This document shows positions 1-8,580 of a DNA stretch of 64,000 nt, in pieces. The notes beneath the pieces are model-generated. The model ran no database searches and was not told the origin of the DNA. It saw nothing but the letters and a program-made list of their open reading frames with translations. The number at the start of each line of letters is the position of its first letter. The first letter of the stretch is position 1. The DNA is from an uncultured Pseudomonadales bacterium. Its GTDB lineage: Bacteria > Patescibacteriota > Microgenomatia > UBA1400 > UBA1396. The stretch is taken from contig CAZEEI010000003.1 of assembly GCA_964511175.1 (NCBI GenBank), positions 13,716 to 77,715 on the forward strand. Reading direction: 5' to 3'. The translations under genes and the position numbers were made by a program.

Positions 1-304
1 CGTTTACTTTAATCCTAAGGATTTTGCCGAAGACCTCAAAAAGTCAGGTACTTACGTGCCAGCAGTCCGTCCCGGTAAACCAACCGCCAACTTACTAATG
101 CGTATTCTCACCCGTATTTCTTTGGTAGGCGGACTTTATTTGGGTACAGTGGCCTTGTTGCCGATTTTGGCGCAAAAAGCAACCGGTGTGAACACTCTAA
201 CTGTGGGCGGTACCGGCCTATTAATCGTGGTTTCGGTAATTTTAGAAATGGTAAGGGCGGTGGAGGCGCAACTAGTACAGGATCAATATGAACAATACAT
301 CTGA
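1..304 (+). CDS. secY: Preprotein translocase SecY, C-terminal fragment; the gene starts upstream of the window
   Basis: Frame 2 reads ...FNPKDFAEDLKKSGTYVPAVRPGKPTANLL...GGTGLLIVVSV..., the conserved SecY C-terminus. It sits before adk as in the spc operon. Confidence 0.9.
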   Translation, partial: VYFNPKDFAEDLKKSGTYVPAVRPGKPTANLLMRILTRISLVGGLYLGTVALLPILAQKATGVNTLTVGGTGLLIVVSVILEMVRAVEAQLVQDQYEQYI

Positions 305-884
305 ATCCCAACCTAAACAGCCGATGAAGATTGTTTTGATCGGTATCCAGGGAGCTGGCAAATCAACTCAGGGCAATTTGCTGGCGGAAAAATACCAAAT
401 TCCCTATCTTTCTTCTGGTCATATTTTTCGGGAAATGGCCAAAGAAAAGGCTCCTTTGGGACGTTACATCAAAGAAACGATGAATGCCGGCGCCTTAATC
501 CCAGACGACAAAGTATTGGAAATTGTGGAAGAATATTTATCGCGGGACGAATACCAAAAGGGTTACATTTTGGATGGGTTTCCCCGTACTATTGCCCAGG
601 CCGAAGCTTTCAGCAACGGGGTGACAGCGGTAGTTTATCTAGACGTTTCCGACCGTGAAGCTCTGTGGCGTATTGCTGGCCGCATCCTTAACTCGGCTGA
701 AGTGCGGGAAGATGAGACGTTGCCGGCCATCCGTAAACGTATCTCCCAATTTCACGAATTTACCGAACCAGTGATTGAGTATTATCGCCGAAAGGGTATT
801 CTGGAAGACGTTGATGGCGAGCGGGATGTCCAAACCATTTTCGTTGACATTTGTGCACGATTGGAAAAAAGCCATAGGGCCTGA
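288..884 (+). CDS. adk: Adenylate kinase
   Basis: P-loop GIQGAGKSTQG with the AK fold motifs. An AGGAT Shine-Dalgarno precedes 288, and an alternative start, MKIVLIG, lies at 321. Confidence 0.9.
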   Translation: MNNTSESQPKQPMKIVLIGIQGAGKSTQGNLLAEKYQIPYLSSGHIFREMAKEKAPLGRYIKETMNAGALIPDDKVLEIVEEYLSRDEYQKGYILDGFPRTIAQAEAFSNGVTAVVYLDVSDREALWRIAGRILNSAEVREDETLPAIRKRISQFHEFTEPVIEYYRRKGILEDVDGERDVQTIFVDICARLEKSHRA

Positions 885-989
885 TTAGGGGCTTGAGGAA
901 GTCTGGTAATTTTGATACAATTCGACTTCTGTAAAAGGACTAGAGAAAAAGTAAAAGGAGTATAACTGAAACAACAGCGCGCTGACGTT

Positions 990-1238
990 TTGGCTGTCCA
1001 AGGGACAGTCACCGAAGCTCTGCCCAACACGATGTTTAGGGTACAGGTCACGGAAGGCCCGGCCGAAATGATTGGACGGATCATTCTGTGTACGCTGACT
1101 GGCAATATGCGCCGCTTTAGTATCCGGGTTTTGCCTGGTGATATGGTTTTGGCTGATGTTTCGATCTACGACACCAGCAAGGGACGTATCACTCGCCGCC
1201 TGCGAGAAGGTGATCTAGGTTTGGGAAAGAACTTATGA
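990..1238 (+). CDS. infA: Translation initiation factor IF-1; TTG start, exact start uncertain
   Basis: QGTVTEALPNTMFRV...ILPGD...YD.SKGRI matches the IF-1 S1-like fold. Confidence 0.85.
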   Translation: MAVQGTVTEALPNTMFRVQVTEGPAEMIGRIILCTLTGNMRRFSIRVLPGDMVLADVSIYDTSKGRITRRLREGDLGLGKNL

Positions 1239-1348
1239 AGTATAAGACAAGTATTAAGCCACGCTGTATGCAGTGCAAAACAATACGTCGCAAAGGGGTG
1301 CGGCAAATTCGTTGTGTCAACCGCCGTCACAACCAAACTCAGGGTTAA
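1235..1348 (+). CDS. rpmJ: 50S ribosomal protein L36; 37 aa, absent from the ORF track because it is under 60 aa
   Basis: MKYKTSIKPRCMQCKTIRRKGVRQIRCVNRRHNQTQG. The ATG overlaps the infA stop (ATGA), giving the canonical infA-rpmJ-rpsM order. Confidence 0.9.
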   Translation: MKYKTSIKPRCMQCKTIRRKGVRQIRCVNRRHNQTQG

Positions 1349-1359
1349 GAAGGAAAATT

Positions 1360-1767
1360 ATGCCTCGTATCGCCGGTATCGATCTCCCAATCCACAAAAG
1401 AATGTTCATTGCTTTAACCTATATTCATGGCGTTGGTCGAGCGAACGCTAAGCTCATTTTGCAAAAAGCTAATGTTGATGCTCAAAAGCGAGTTGAGGAA
1501 CTAACTCCGGAAGAAATTAGCCGTTTGCAGAAAGTAATTGAAACAGGTTACGTAGTGGAAGGTAATCTCCGCCGCAGTGTGCGTGATGCCATTGAACGGT
1601 TAAAGCGTATCGGTTCCTACCGCGGTATCCGCCACCTGCGTGGTTTACCAGTGCGTGGTCAGCGAACCCGGACCAACGCCCGTACTGGCCGTGGCAAACG
1701 CCGCACCGTGGGTGCTTTAACTAAGGACATGGCCGCCAAGTTAGAAACTCAGGCGAAAAAGGCATAA
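1360..1767 (+). CDS. rpsM: 30S ribosomal protein S13
   Basis: MPRIAGIDLP...HGVGR..., with an AGGAAA Shine-Dalgarno upstream of the ATG at 1360. The track ORF starts earlier, at 1273. Confidence 0.95.
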   Translation: MPRIAGIDLPIHKRMFIALTYIHGVGRANAKLILQKANVDAQKRVEELTPEEISRLQKVIETGYVVEGNLRRSVRDAIERLKRIGSYRGIRHLRGLPVRGQRTRTNARTGRGKRRTVGALTKDMAAKLETQAKKA

Positions 1768-1782
1768 GGAAAATAACACCAT

Positions 1783-2178
1783 ATGATGAGACCAAAGCAA
1801 TCTAAAGCAGCAAAGAAGAAAGTAATTCAGGCCGTACCTAGTGGTCGGATTTACGTTAACGCTACTTTCAATAACACTATTGTTACCATTGCTGATGGGC
1901 AAGGTAATGTTTTGGTTAATACCTCTACCGGCCAGGTCGGTTTTGCCGGTTCACGCAAGTCTACTCCCTATGCCGCTACCGTTACGATCGAACAAGCCGT
2001 AGAAAAGTCGCGCGCCTATGGCTTGCGAACCGCTGAATTGTTCATTAAAGGTCCCGGCCCCGGTCGTGACGCCGCCCTGCGGGTGGTAAAAAATGCTGGT
2101 ATTCACTTAACGATGATCGCCGATGTGACGCCGATTCCGCACAACGGTACGAAAGCGAGGAAGATCCGCCATGGCTAG
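1783..2178 (+). CDS. rpsK: 30S ribosomal protein S11
   Basis: S11 signature sequence, in alpha-operon position. Confidence 0.95.
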   Translation: MMRPKQSKAAKKKVIQAVPSGRIYVNATFNNTIVTIADGQGNVLVNTSTGQVGFAGSRKSTPYAATVTIEQAVEKSRAYGLRTAELFIKGPGPGRDAALRVVKNAGIHLTMIADVTPIPHNGTKARKIRHG

Positions 2179-2779
2179 ATATATTGGACCGAAAAATAAA
2201 TTAGCTCGTAAACTTGGTCAGGATTTGGGCTTGAAGTCTAATCCGCTCAAGGTAGCGCGCCGATTAAACATTTTACCCGGATCGCACGGTAAAAAAATGC
2301 GCCGTAAGCAGTCGGAGTATGGCCGTCAGTTGGCGGAAAAGCAGAAGCTGCGTTTTGTGTATGGCGTTCAGGAGAAATACCTGTCTAAGTTGTACACCAT
2401 AGCGATGCAGACGCCCTCAGCCACTGGTCAAGCCCTGCTGAAATTACTAGAACGCCGCCTGGACAACGTGGTTTTCCGACTCGGATTGGCCCCTACCCGC
2501 GCTGCCGCGCGACAATTGGTCAACCATGGTCACATTAAAGTTGGGGATAAACGTTTGTCCGTGGCTTCTTACCGCGTGCAAGTAGGTGACACCATCACTT
2601 TAAGCGATAAAGCGGCTAAGATTCCCGCCACAGCCGAATTATTGTCCAACAAAACAATCGGTGTTCCCAAGTGGTTGGAACGGCAGGCAACCATCGGTAA
2701 GGTTATGACTCTACCGGAGCGCGACGACATTACCGAAGGCATAGACGAGCAATTAGTGGTTGAGTACTATTCAAGATAA
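2171..2779 (+). CDS. rpsD: 30S ribosomal protein S4
   Basis: MARYIGPKNKLARKLG... together with an S4 domain. Confidence 0.95.
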   Translation: MARYIGPKNKLARKLGQDLGLKSNPLKVARRLNILPGSHGKKMRRKQSEYGRQLAEKQKLRFVYGVQEKYLSKLYTIAMQTPSATGQALLKLLERRLDNVVFRLGLAPTRAAARQLVNHGHIKVGDKRLSVASYRVQVGDTITLSDKAAKIPATAELLSNKTIGVPKWLERQATIGKVMTLPERDDITEGIDEQLVVEYYSR

Positions 2780-2787
2780 GGAGAATT

Positions 2788-3714
2788 ATGATTAAACCAG
2801 TTTTTAACGTGGCGATCGCCAACCAAGAAGACAATTTTGTCCAGTTTGTTCTGGAACCGCTTGAGCGTGGTTACGGCCACACTTTAGGTAACGCTTTGCG
2901 TCGGGTTCTGCTTTCTTCGATCGAAGGCCACGCCATTACCCGTGCCAAAATTAAGGGTGCTGATCATCAATTTTCGACGATCAAAGGTGCCACTGAGGAT
3001 GTGGTAGAAATTTTGCTTAACATCAAGGAAATTCGGGTAGAGTCCAGTTTGGATGACGTTTCTACTTTAACTTTGTCGGCTAAGGGTGGTGAAGTCACCG
3101 CTGGCCAGATTAATTGCCCGGCTGGAGTTAAGATCATTAATCCCAATATACATTTGGCTACGCTGGCCGCTAATGCCACGTTGGAAATGGAACTAACCGT
3201 CGAAAAAGGCATGGGTTACAGCGCCGCCACGGATCGGGAAGCCGGTAGTGTTTCCGGAGAATTGTTGGTGGATGCTTTATACTCCCCAATCACGAAGGTA
3301 GCTTATGATGTTGAAGAAACTCGGGTTGGTCAGCGCACCGACTATGATCGCTTAATCCTGAAGATTTGGACGGATGGTACGATCGACGCACGCCGGGCAT
3401 TAGACCAAGCCGCTGAGACCCTCATCGTGCATTTCCAGCAGGTGATTAATCCTACTGATGTGATGAAGAAAGTTACCGCCCCAACGGTTCGCCTCGTTAA
3501 TGAAGCAGCTCACCTCACCATTGAAGAACTAGATTTGCCCACCCGGATCGCTAATGCTTTGCGTAAAGGCGGTTATAATACAGTTGGAGATTTGGCCAAA
3601 GCCACCCAATCACAGGTGTCGCTGGTCAAAAACTTGGGAGGCAAATCGGTCAATATTGTCGCCGAGGCAATGGGTAAGGTCGGCGCCTCTTTTAAGGAAG
3701 AAAGCCAAGCTTAA
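2788..3714 (+). CDS. rpoA: DNA-directed RNA polymerase subunit alpha
   Basis: N-terminal dimerisation domain followed by a C-terminal domain, in alpha-operon order. Confidence 0.95.
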   Translation: MIKPVFNVAIANQEDNFVQFVLEPLERGYGHTLGNALRRVLLSSIEGHAITRAKIKGADHQFSTIKGATEDVVEILLNIKEIRVESSLDDVSTLTLSAKGGEVTAGQINCPAGVKIINPNIHLATLAANATLEMELTVEKGMGYSAATDREAGSVSGELLVDALYSPITKVAYDVEETRVGQRTDYDRLILKIWTDGTIDARRALDQAAETLIVHFQQVINPTDVMKKVTAPTVRLVNEAAHLTIEELDLPTRIANALRKGGYNTVGDLAKATQSQVSLVKNLGGKSVNIVAEAMGKVGASFKEESQA

Positions 3715-3735
3715 AGATATACTGTTAAGGAAGTT

Positions 3736-4203
3736 ATGCGTCACCGAGTCAAAGATAAACACTTTAATCGCGATACCAAAGGGCGGAAAGCCTTGTTTAA
3801 GAGCTTGCTTTTAGCCTTGTTCGAACATGGTGCTATTGAAACTACCGAGACCAAAGCTAAGGCCATGAAGCGCCTGGCGGATAAAGTGATTGGTCGGGCG
3901 ATGCCCCGTACTTTAAACGCCCGTCGCGTTTTGGAGCGTTTCTTTGGTTCCAAACAAGCGGTTAACCGCGTTGTCGACGGTGTAGCACCAACCATGCAGG
4001 GTAGAATGTCTGGTTTTACCCGAATTGTACGTTTGGGTCACCGCCGGGGTGATGATGCCGAGATGGTGAAGTTAGAATTGGTTAACCCACCGGTGGATAA
4101 GCCAGCGGTAACGGTAGCAACACCAGAGGTTAAACTGAAACCAGTCAAGGCTAAAAACACCTCGGCCAAGACCAAAAAAGCGGTTAAAGTTTCCCAGAAA
4201 TAA
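3736..4203 (+). CDS. rplQ: 50S ribosomal protein L17
   Basis: L17 family sequence directly after rpoA. Confidence 0.93.
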   Translation: MRHRVKDKHFNRDTKGRKALFKSLLLALFEHGAIETTETKAKAMKRLADKVIGRAMPRTLNARRVLERFFGSKQAVNRVVDGVAPTMQGRMSGFTRIVRLGHRRGDDAEMVKLELVNPPVDKPAVTVATPEVKLKPVKAKNTSAKTKKAVKVSQK

Positions 4204-4211
4204 GGCATCCT

Positions 4212-4637
4212 ATGATTAAAACGTACATGCAAAAAAAAGAAGAAGTGGTGCGCCAGTGGCATCTCATTGATGCTCAGGGTCGGATTTTAGGGGAAGTGGC
4301 TACGGAGATTGCTAATCTATTGACCGGCAAACATAAACCAACTTTTACCCCACATGTTGATGGTGGTGATTACGTGGTACTAATTAATGCTCAAAAAGTG
4401 GTGGTGACTGGCAATAAAGCCACGGACAAAAAATATTATCGCCACTCACGTTATCCGGGCAGCTTAAAGGAAGAGAGTTTTGCCACGTTGCTGGCTCGTA
4501 ATCCGGAACGCCTTTTCAATCAGGCTGTTAAAGGCATGTTGCCAAAGAATAAACATCAGGAACCGCGTCTGCGCCGCTTGAAGGTATTTCCCGGTGCCGA
4601 ACATTCCTATGCCGACAAGTTAGGATCAGTGAAGTAA
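4212..4637 (+). CDS. rplM: 50S ribosomal protein L13
   Basis: L13 family sequence in the conserved rplM-rpsI pairing. Confidence 0.93.
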   Translation: MIKTYMQKKEEVVRQWHLIDAQGRILGEVATEIANLLTGKHKPTFTPHVDGGDYVVLINAQKVVVTGNKATDKKYYRHSRYPGSLKEESFATLLARNPERLFNQAVKGMLPKNKHQEPRLRRLKVFPGAEHSYADKLGSVK

Positions 4638-4646
4638 GGATTTTTT

Positions 4647-5156
4647 ATGGCCAAGCAATTTAAAAAAGCTCCTCATAAAGTGCAGAAAATAGTTAAGAAA
4701 GCCGTGCCGGTTAGAGCCAAGGCAACCGTTGCCTCGCGCGGCGGTAAAGTTACGCCGCCCAGCGGTGCTTACGTAGCGGCCATCGGTCGCCGCAAAGTGG
4801 CTACCGCCCGCGTCCGTCTTTATCAGCAAGCCGGTGATTATTCGGTTAACGAACTGCCAATGGCCGAGTATTTTGCTACCCTAATTAGTCCAGAAGTGCG
4901 TTTTTTGGAACCGTTCCGGGCTACCGGCACAGTTGGCAAGTTTGCCGTTAGTGTTAAAGTTAACGGCTCCGGTGCTTCAGCCCAGCTGGATGCTGCTGTA
5001 TTAGGTATTGCCCGGGCTTTAATTAAAATCGACGCAGGTTTTCGTCAGCCTCTGCGTGCCGCCGGTTTGTTAACCAGTGACCCACGTATGAAAGAAACGC
5101 GCAAACCTAATACTGGTGGTAAGGCACGCCGGAAGCGTCAGTCGCCAAAGCGTTAA
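4647..5156 (+). CDS. rpsI: 30S ribosomal protein S9; carries an N-terminal extension
   Basis: The C-terminus ...GGKARRKRQSPKR is typical of S9. Confidence 0.93.
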   Translation: MAKQFKKAPHKVQKIVKKAVPVRAKATVASRGGKVTPPSGAYVAAIGRRKVATARVRLYQQAGDYSVNELPMAEYFATLISPEVRFLEPFRATGTVGKFAVSVKVNGSGASAQLDAAVLGIARALIKIDAGFRQPLRAAGLLTSDPRMKETRKPNTGGKARRKRQSPKR

Positions 5157-5205
5157 ACTCTGGGTAGGATTTTCTCGTCGATTGATGTGTTAAAATGCTT
5201 TCTAT

Positions 5206-5910
5206 ATGAGTTCTACAGAGACAGACCGACCGGAAGTACAACACGAGGTAGAGGTGGTTCAAGAGGGATTCGATCAACGATTAATAGAATTCAGTTGGGC
5301 GGCCGATTTTCTCAAGCAAGAAGTTCCTGCCTACGTTGAGATTCAGAGTTATGAGCAACTGGCTAATCAATTTGTTGCAAAATTTGTCAGAGGTCAATTA
5401 ATTCAAAGGATGGGTGAATCCGGTCAGCCAACAATATCGGAGCTTAGAACAGAGGATTTGGCTGATCGATTTGCCAAGTGGTTTGCTCCGCTCATCGAGT
5501 TGATTGTTAAACAAAATTATCGTCCAAAGGGAGCTACGGTTTTGCAATTGACGCACGCTGATGTTCCAAAAACGCAACAAATAGCACTTGGCTTGGTGGC
5601 AGAATCTGGTGTGCATCCACCAATTGATGCAAGGATAAATACTGTCCTAAGTGATTTTTCCTGGATGAAAAAAGATCGCGTTGAGTCGACTATTGCGGTG
5701 CTAATTCGGGAATATAGCATCAATAATATTGGTCAACTAGAACGGGTGCTTCATGATCTTTTCATCAATCGTAGTAAAGGCACGCCCTCCAAACCAGTAT
5801 TGGGCGGTGAGGATTTTATGATTAAGCTATCTTCCGAATTACTTAAAGACCTTTACAGCCTTCCCTTTATTTTTACCAAGGCTTATGCCTCCCGGATATT
5901 AGCAAGCTAA
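5206..5910 (+). CDS. Hypothetical protein
   Basis: ORF of 234 aa with no motif I recognise. It lies between rpsI and dnaX. Confidence 0.5.
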   Translation: MSSTETDRPEVQHEVEVVQEGFDQRLIEFSWAADFLKQEVPAYVEIQSYEQLANQFVAKFVRGQLIQRMGESGQPTISELRTEDLADRFAKWFAPLIELIVKQNYRPKGATVLQLTHADVPKTQQIALGLVAESGVHPPIDARINTVLSDFSWMKKDRVESTIAVLIREYSINNIGQLERVLHDLFINRSKGTPSKPVLGGEDFMIKLSSELLKDLYSLPFIFTKAYASRILAS

Positions 5911-5954
5911 ACACCACTTAAGCTTCGTTTGCTCAATCTGCTAAGATACCCTCT

Positions 5955-7469
5955 GTGGCATGGTATCGCAAATATCGACCCCAACGCATTGCTGATTTGC
6001 AAATTAAGCCGGTACGTGAGCAGTTATTGGCTGTTTTGCAGTCTGGCCAGGTGGCTCACGCCTACTTATTTGCCGGACCCAAAGGTACAGGCAAAACTTC
6101 CGCCGCCCGCATTTTGGCGCGGGTTTTAAACGATCCCGCCAATGCTAAAGTGGTGCAACAGGGTAAGGGTAAATTGCGGGAACCAGATTCCGCCAATCCG
6201 CTGTTGGCGAGAATCGCGGCGGGGCAGTCGCAGGTGGTGATTGAGCTGGATGCGGCGAGCCACCGGGGCATAGACGACGTTCGCCATTTGCAAGAAATGA
6301 TTGCGGTAGCACCGGCCGAGGGGTTAGTGCGGGTGGTTATTCTCGACGAAGCACACATGTTAACCAACGAGGCTTTTAATGCTTTACTCAAGTCACTTGA
6401 GGAACCACCGGAACGGGTGATATTTGTTTTAGCTACGACCGAACCGCACCGGGTGCCGGTCACCATCCAGTCGCGCTGCGAAATGATCCAATTCCGCCAG
6501 GCCACCACCGCGGAAATCGAGGCGGTTTTAGAACAAGTAGCAGCTGGGGAAAAAATTAAGTTAACGGCCGAACAGATCAAGCTTTTAGCCGAAGCCGCCC
6601 AAGGTAGTTTTCGGGATGCAGTAAAGTATTTTGAGCAGGTGGCGCGCGGCGGGGCGGTGGATGATAGCCAACTTGCCCAGCTTACTTTTGGTCAGCAACG
6701 TTTAGCACTTTTACTACATGCCCTCGCCGCGCGCGATAGTGCCGCCGCCGTTCAGTTTTTTCAAGACGTACGGCAAAAAGGAGAAAATTGGTCGGCTTTA
6801 GAAGTGGCCATGGTGACCGCTCTACAGAATCGGCTGCACCGCGCCCTCATTCGCCAGGAAAAGAAATCGACGGCTCAAACCTTGGCGAGTTTACTCGATC
6901 ATTTAGTTCAGCGACTAGGCGGATCGGAGCCGGTAGATGGTATTAAGTTAGAGATTGCCTGTTTGACTTGGTGTCTTGGGGATGGGAAGGAGAGAGAATC
7001 CACTGAGTGTGATGAAGCAGACCAACCAGCCGCCACCGTGGCTTGCGCCCGTCCTATTCCCACCACTCAAACCACCTTAGCGGCGGCCAAGGAACAGGCT
7101 AAGGCTACTGCCCCACCCGTGACCGAATTACACCTTGATCCAGAGGAAGTTGCCGCTCGCTGGCCGCAAATTCTCTTGTTGGCCCGCACTAAGAGTCAAG
7201 TTTTGGAGGCAATTCTGCGCCAAGCCCAGCTGGGTACAATCGCTGATTCCCGTCTCGAACTGGTTTTTACCCACGGTTTCCACCAAGAGCAACTCAACAC
7301 ACCCAAATATCAGCTAGCTTTTTTGTCCGTGCTGGCGGAGGCCTTGGGCGAAGGGGCAAGTTTTGTTATTAGAGTACAGCCGCTGGAACCACCGGTAACA
7401 TCGGCCGCTAATCAGGGTAATGATTTATTACTCAAAGCGGTCGAGGAGGCTGTTTTGTCTCTCGACTAA
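5955..7469 (+). CDS. dnaX: DNA polymerase III subunit gamma/tau; GTG start
   Basis: AAA+ Walker A GPKGTGKTS, the clamp-loader box and a tau-type C-terminus. Confidence 0.92.
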   Translation: MAWYRKYRPQRIADLQIKPVREQLLAVLQSGQVAHAYLFAGPKGTGKTSAARILARVLNDPANAKVVQQGKGKLREPDSANPLLARIAAGQSQVVIELDAASHRGIDDVRHLQEMIAVAPAEGLVRVVILDEAHMLTNEAFNALLKSLEEPPERVIFVLATTEPHRVPVTIQSRCEMIQFRQATTAEIEAVLEQVAAGEKIKLTAEQIKLLAEAAQGSFRDAVKYFEQVARGGAVDDSQLAQLTFGQQRLALLLHALAARDSAAAVQFFQDVRQKGENWSALEVAMVTALQNRLHRALIRQEKKSTAQTLASLLDHLVQRLGGSEPVDGIKLEIACLTWCLGDGKERESTECDEADQPAATVACARPIPTTQTTLAAAKEQAKATAPPVTELHLDPEEVAARWPQILLLARTKSQVLEAILRQAQLGTIADSRLELVFTHGFHQEQLNTPKYQLAFLSVLAEALGEGASFVIRVQPLEPPVTSAANQGNDLLLKAVEEAVLSLD

Positions 7470-7509
7470 GTATGGTACAGTTGGCGTACGTAAAGAAAGG
7501 AAAAAGAAT

Positions 7510-7791
7510 ATGCAAAACCCTCTCAAAGCACTTGGCGACTTGAATCAGTTGCGCAAGCAAGCTCTCCAGATGCAAAAAGATTTGGCTCAACAGCAGATTG
7601 TGGTCGAAGAAGGTGACGTCAAAGTGGTAATCACCGGTGACCAGCGCATTATTGAGTTTAGTGTCCAAGGAGTTACCTCCGATGTGGCCGTGACAGCGCT
7701 CAACCAGGCCATTAAAAAATCGCAAGAGATGGCTGCTGCCAAGTTGCAAGAGATGACTGGCGGCTTGGGCGGCATGATGGGCGGCCGCTAA
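7510..7791 (+). CDS. ybaB: Nucleoid-associated protein YbaB/EbfC
   Basis: About 94 aa, from MQNPLK to GGMMGGR, placed between dnaX and recR as is conserved. The track ORF starts earlier, at 7420. Confidence 0.85.
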   Translation: MQNPLKALGDLNQLRKQALQMQKDLAQQQIVVEEGDVKVVITGDQRIIEFSVQGVTSDVAVTALNQAIKKSQEMAAAKLQEMTGGLGGMMGGR

Positions 7792-7804
7792 ACCTTACCC
7801 AGTT

Positions 7805-8410
7805 ATGAAGTTACCGCGATCCGTTCGGGCTTTAACCGAACAGTTTGAGCGTTTGCCTGGTATTGGGCCAAAAACAGCCCAGCGTTTGGCCTTGTATCTT
7901 CTGCATGTTCCTGATCACGTTTTGGCTGATTTTGCTCAGGATTTAACCACCTTGAAAGCCAATACCCGTTTTTGTAGTGAGTGTCACTTAATCGGTGAGG
8001 CGCAGCAGTGCGATATCTGTACCGATGAGACGCGCGACCGCACCATTATCTGCATAGTCGAACAGCCTTTGGATGTCATTGCGCTGGAGCAGGCCGGTCA
8101 GTATCACGGCCTCTACCACGTCCTGCACGGGGTCATTTCGCCGCTGGAGAACGTAGGACCGGACGAGTTATACTTGCGCGACATTCTTAGTCGCCTAGAC
8201 GGTGTAGAGGAAGTGATTGTCGCTACTAATGCCACCATGGAGGGCGAAGCTACGGCTTTATACTTGGAACGCCTCATTCGCGAGGCCGGCCATCCGTCGG
8301 ACGAGCTTAAAATTACCCGCATTGGCCACGGTTTACCCATTGGCGCCAATATCGAGTTTGCCGATGGTATTACCTTGGCTCGGGCTCTTGAGGGACGGCG
8401 GGAGATTTAG
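7805..8410 (+). CDS. recR: Recombination protein RecR
   Basis: HhH motif, a C4 zinc finger (CSEC...CDIC) and a Toprim domain. Confidence 0.92.
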   Translation: MKLPRSVRALTEQFERLPGIGPKTAQRLALYLLHVPDHVLADFAQDLTTLKANTRFCSECHLIGEAQQCDICTDETRDRTIICIVEQPLDVIALEQAGQYHGLYHVLHGVISPLENVGPDELYLRDILSRLDGVEEVIVATNATMEGEATALYLERLIREAGHPSDELKITRIGHGLPIGANIEFADGITLARALEGRREI

Positions 8411-8450
8411 CAGGCTTGGCGGCTTATCTCAAAATGGTTAAAACTGGTAA

Positions 8451-8530
8451 TTGTACAAAAGTGATACCGATTTTGTACAAGATAATTGGTCGAACTGTAC
8501 AACTCTTAGTTTTGCCGTTTTTGATATATT
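8451..8530 (+). promoter_or_regulatory. Putative operator/promoter module: three TTGTACAA-type palindromic boxes at 22-bp phasing, followed by GTTTTGCCGTTTTTGATATATT (extended -10 TGaTATATT)
   Basis: Boxes at 8451, 8473 and 8495 (CTGTACAA). The -10 begins 20 nt after the last box. The same architecture recurs at 24759-24857 and 39839-39920. Confidence 0.55.
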
Positions 8531-8580
8531 GCCAACTACCTCAACTTGACGCTGATACCCAGACATTCTACGCTGTTGGC

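Noticed and set aside
288-320. Whether adk starts at 288 (MNNTSESQPKQP-MKIV...) or at the canonical MKIVLIG at 321.
   Set aside because: I could not decide from sequence alone. An AGGAT Shine-Dalgarno favours 288, while homology favours 321. I kept the track coordinates and flagged the alternative.
6062-6580. Numerous antisense or out-of-frame ORFs of 60-170 aa nested in large genes, for example 6062-6580 in dnaX, 19335-19640 in uvrA, 30797-31246 in dnaK, and 31532-31928 in dnaJ.
   Set aside because: They are fully embedded in strongly supported genes on the opposite strand or in another frame. They have Arg/Ser/Pro-rich low-complexity translations typical of spurious ORFs in GC-balanced DNA.
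8416-8580. Upstream extension of the proline-rich ORF in the six-frame track (MAAYLKMVKTGNCTKVIPILYK...).
   Set aside because: This stretch coincides with the TTGTACAA/GTTTTGCC..TTTTGATATA module, which is conserved in two other non-coding locations. I take that as conserved regulatory DNA rather than a coding N-terminus, and start the CDS at the internal ATG at 8581.
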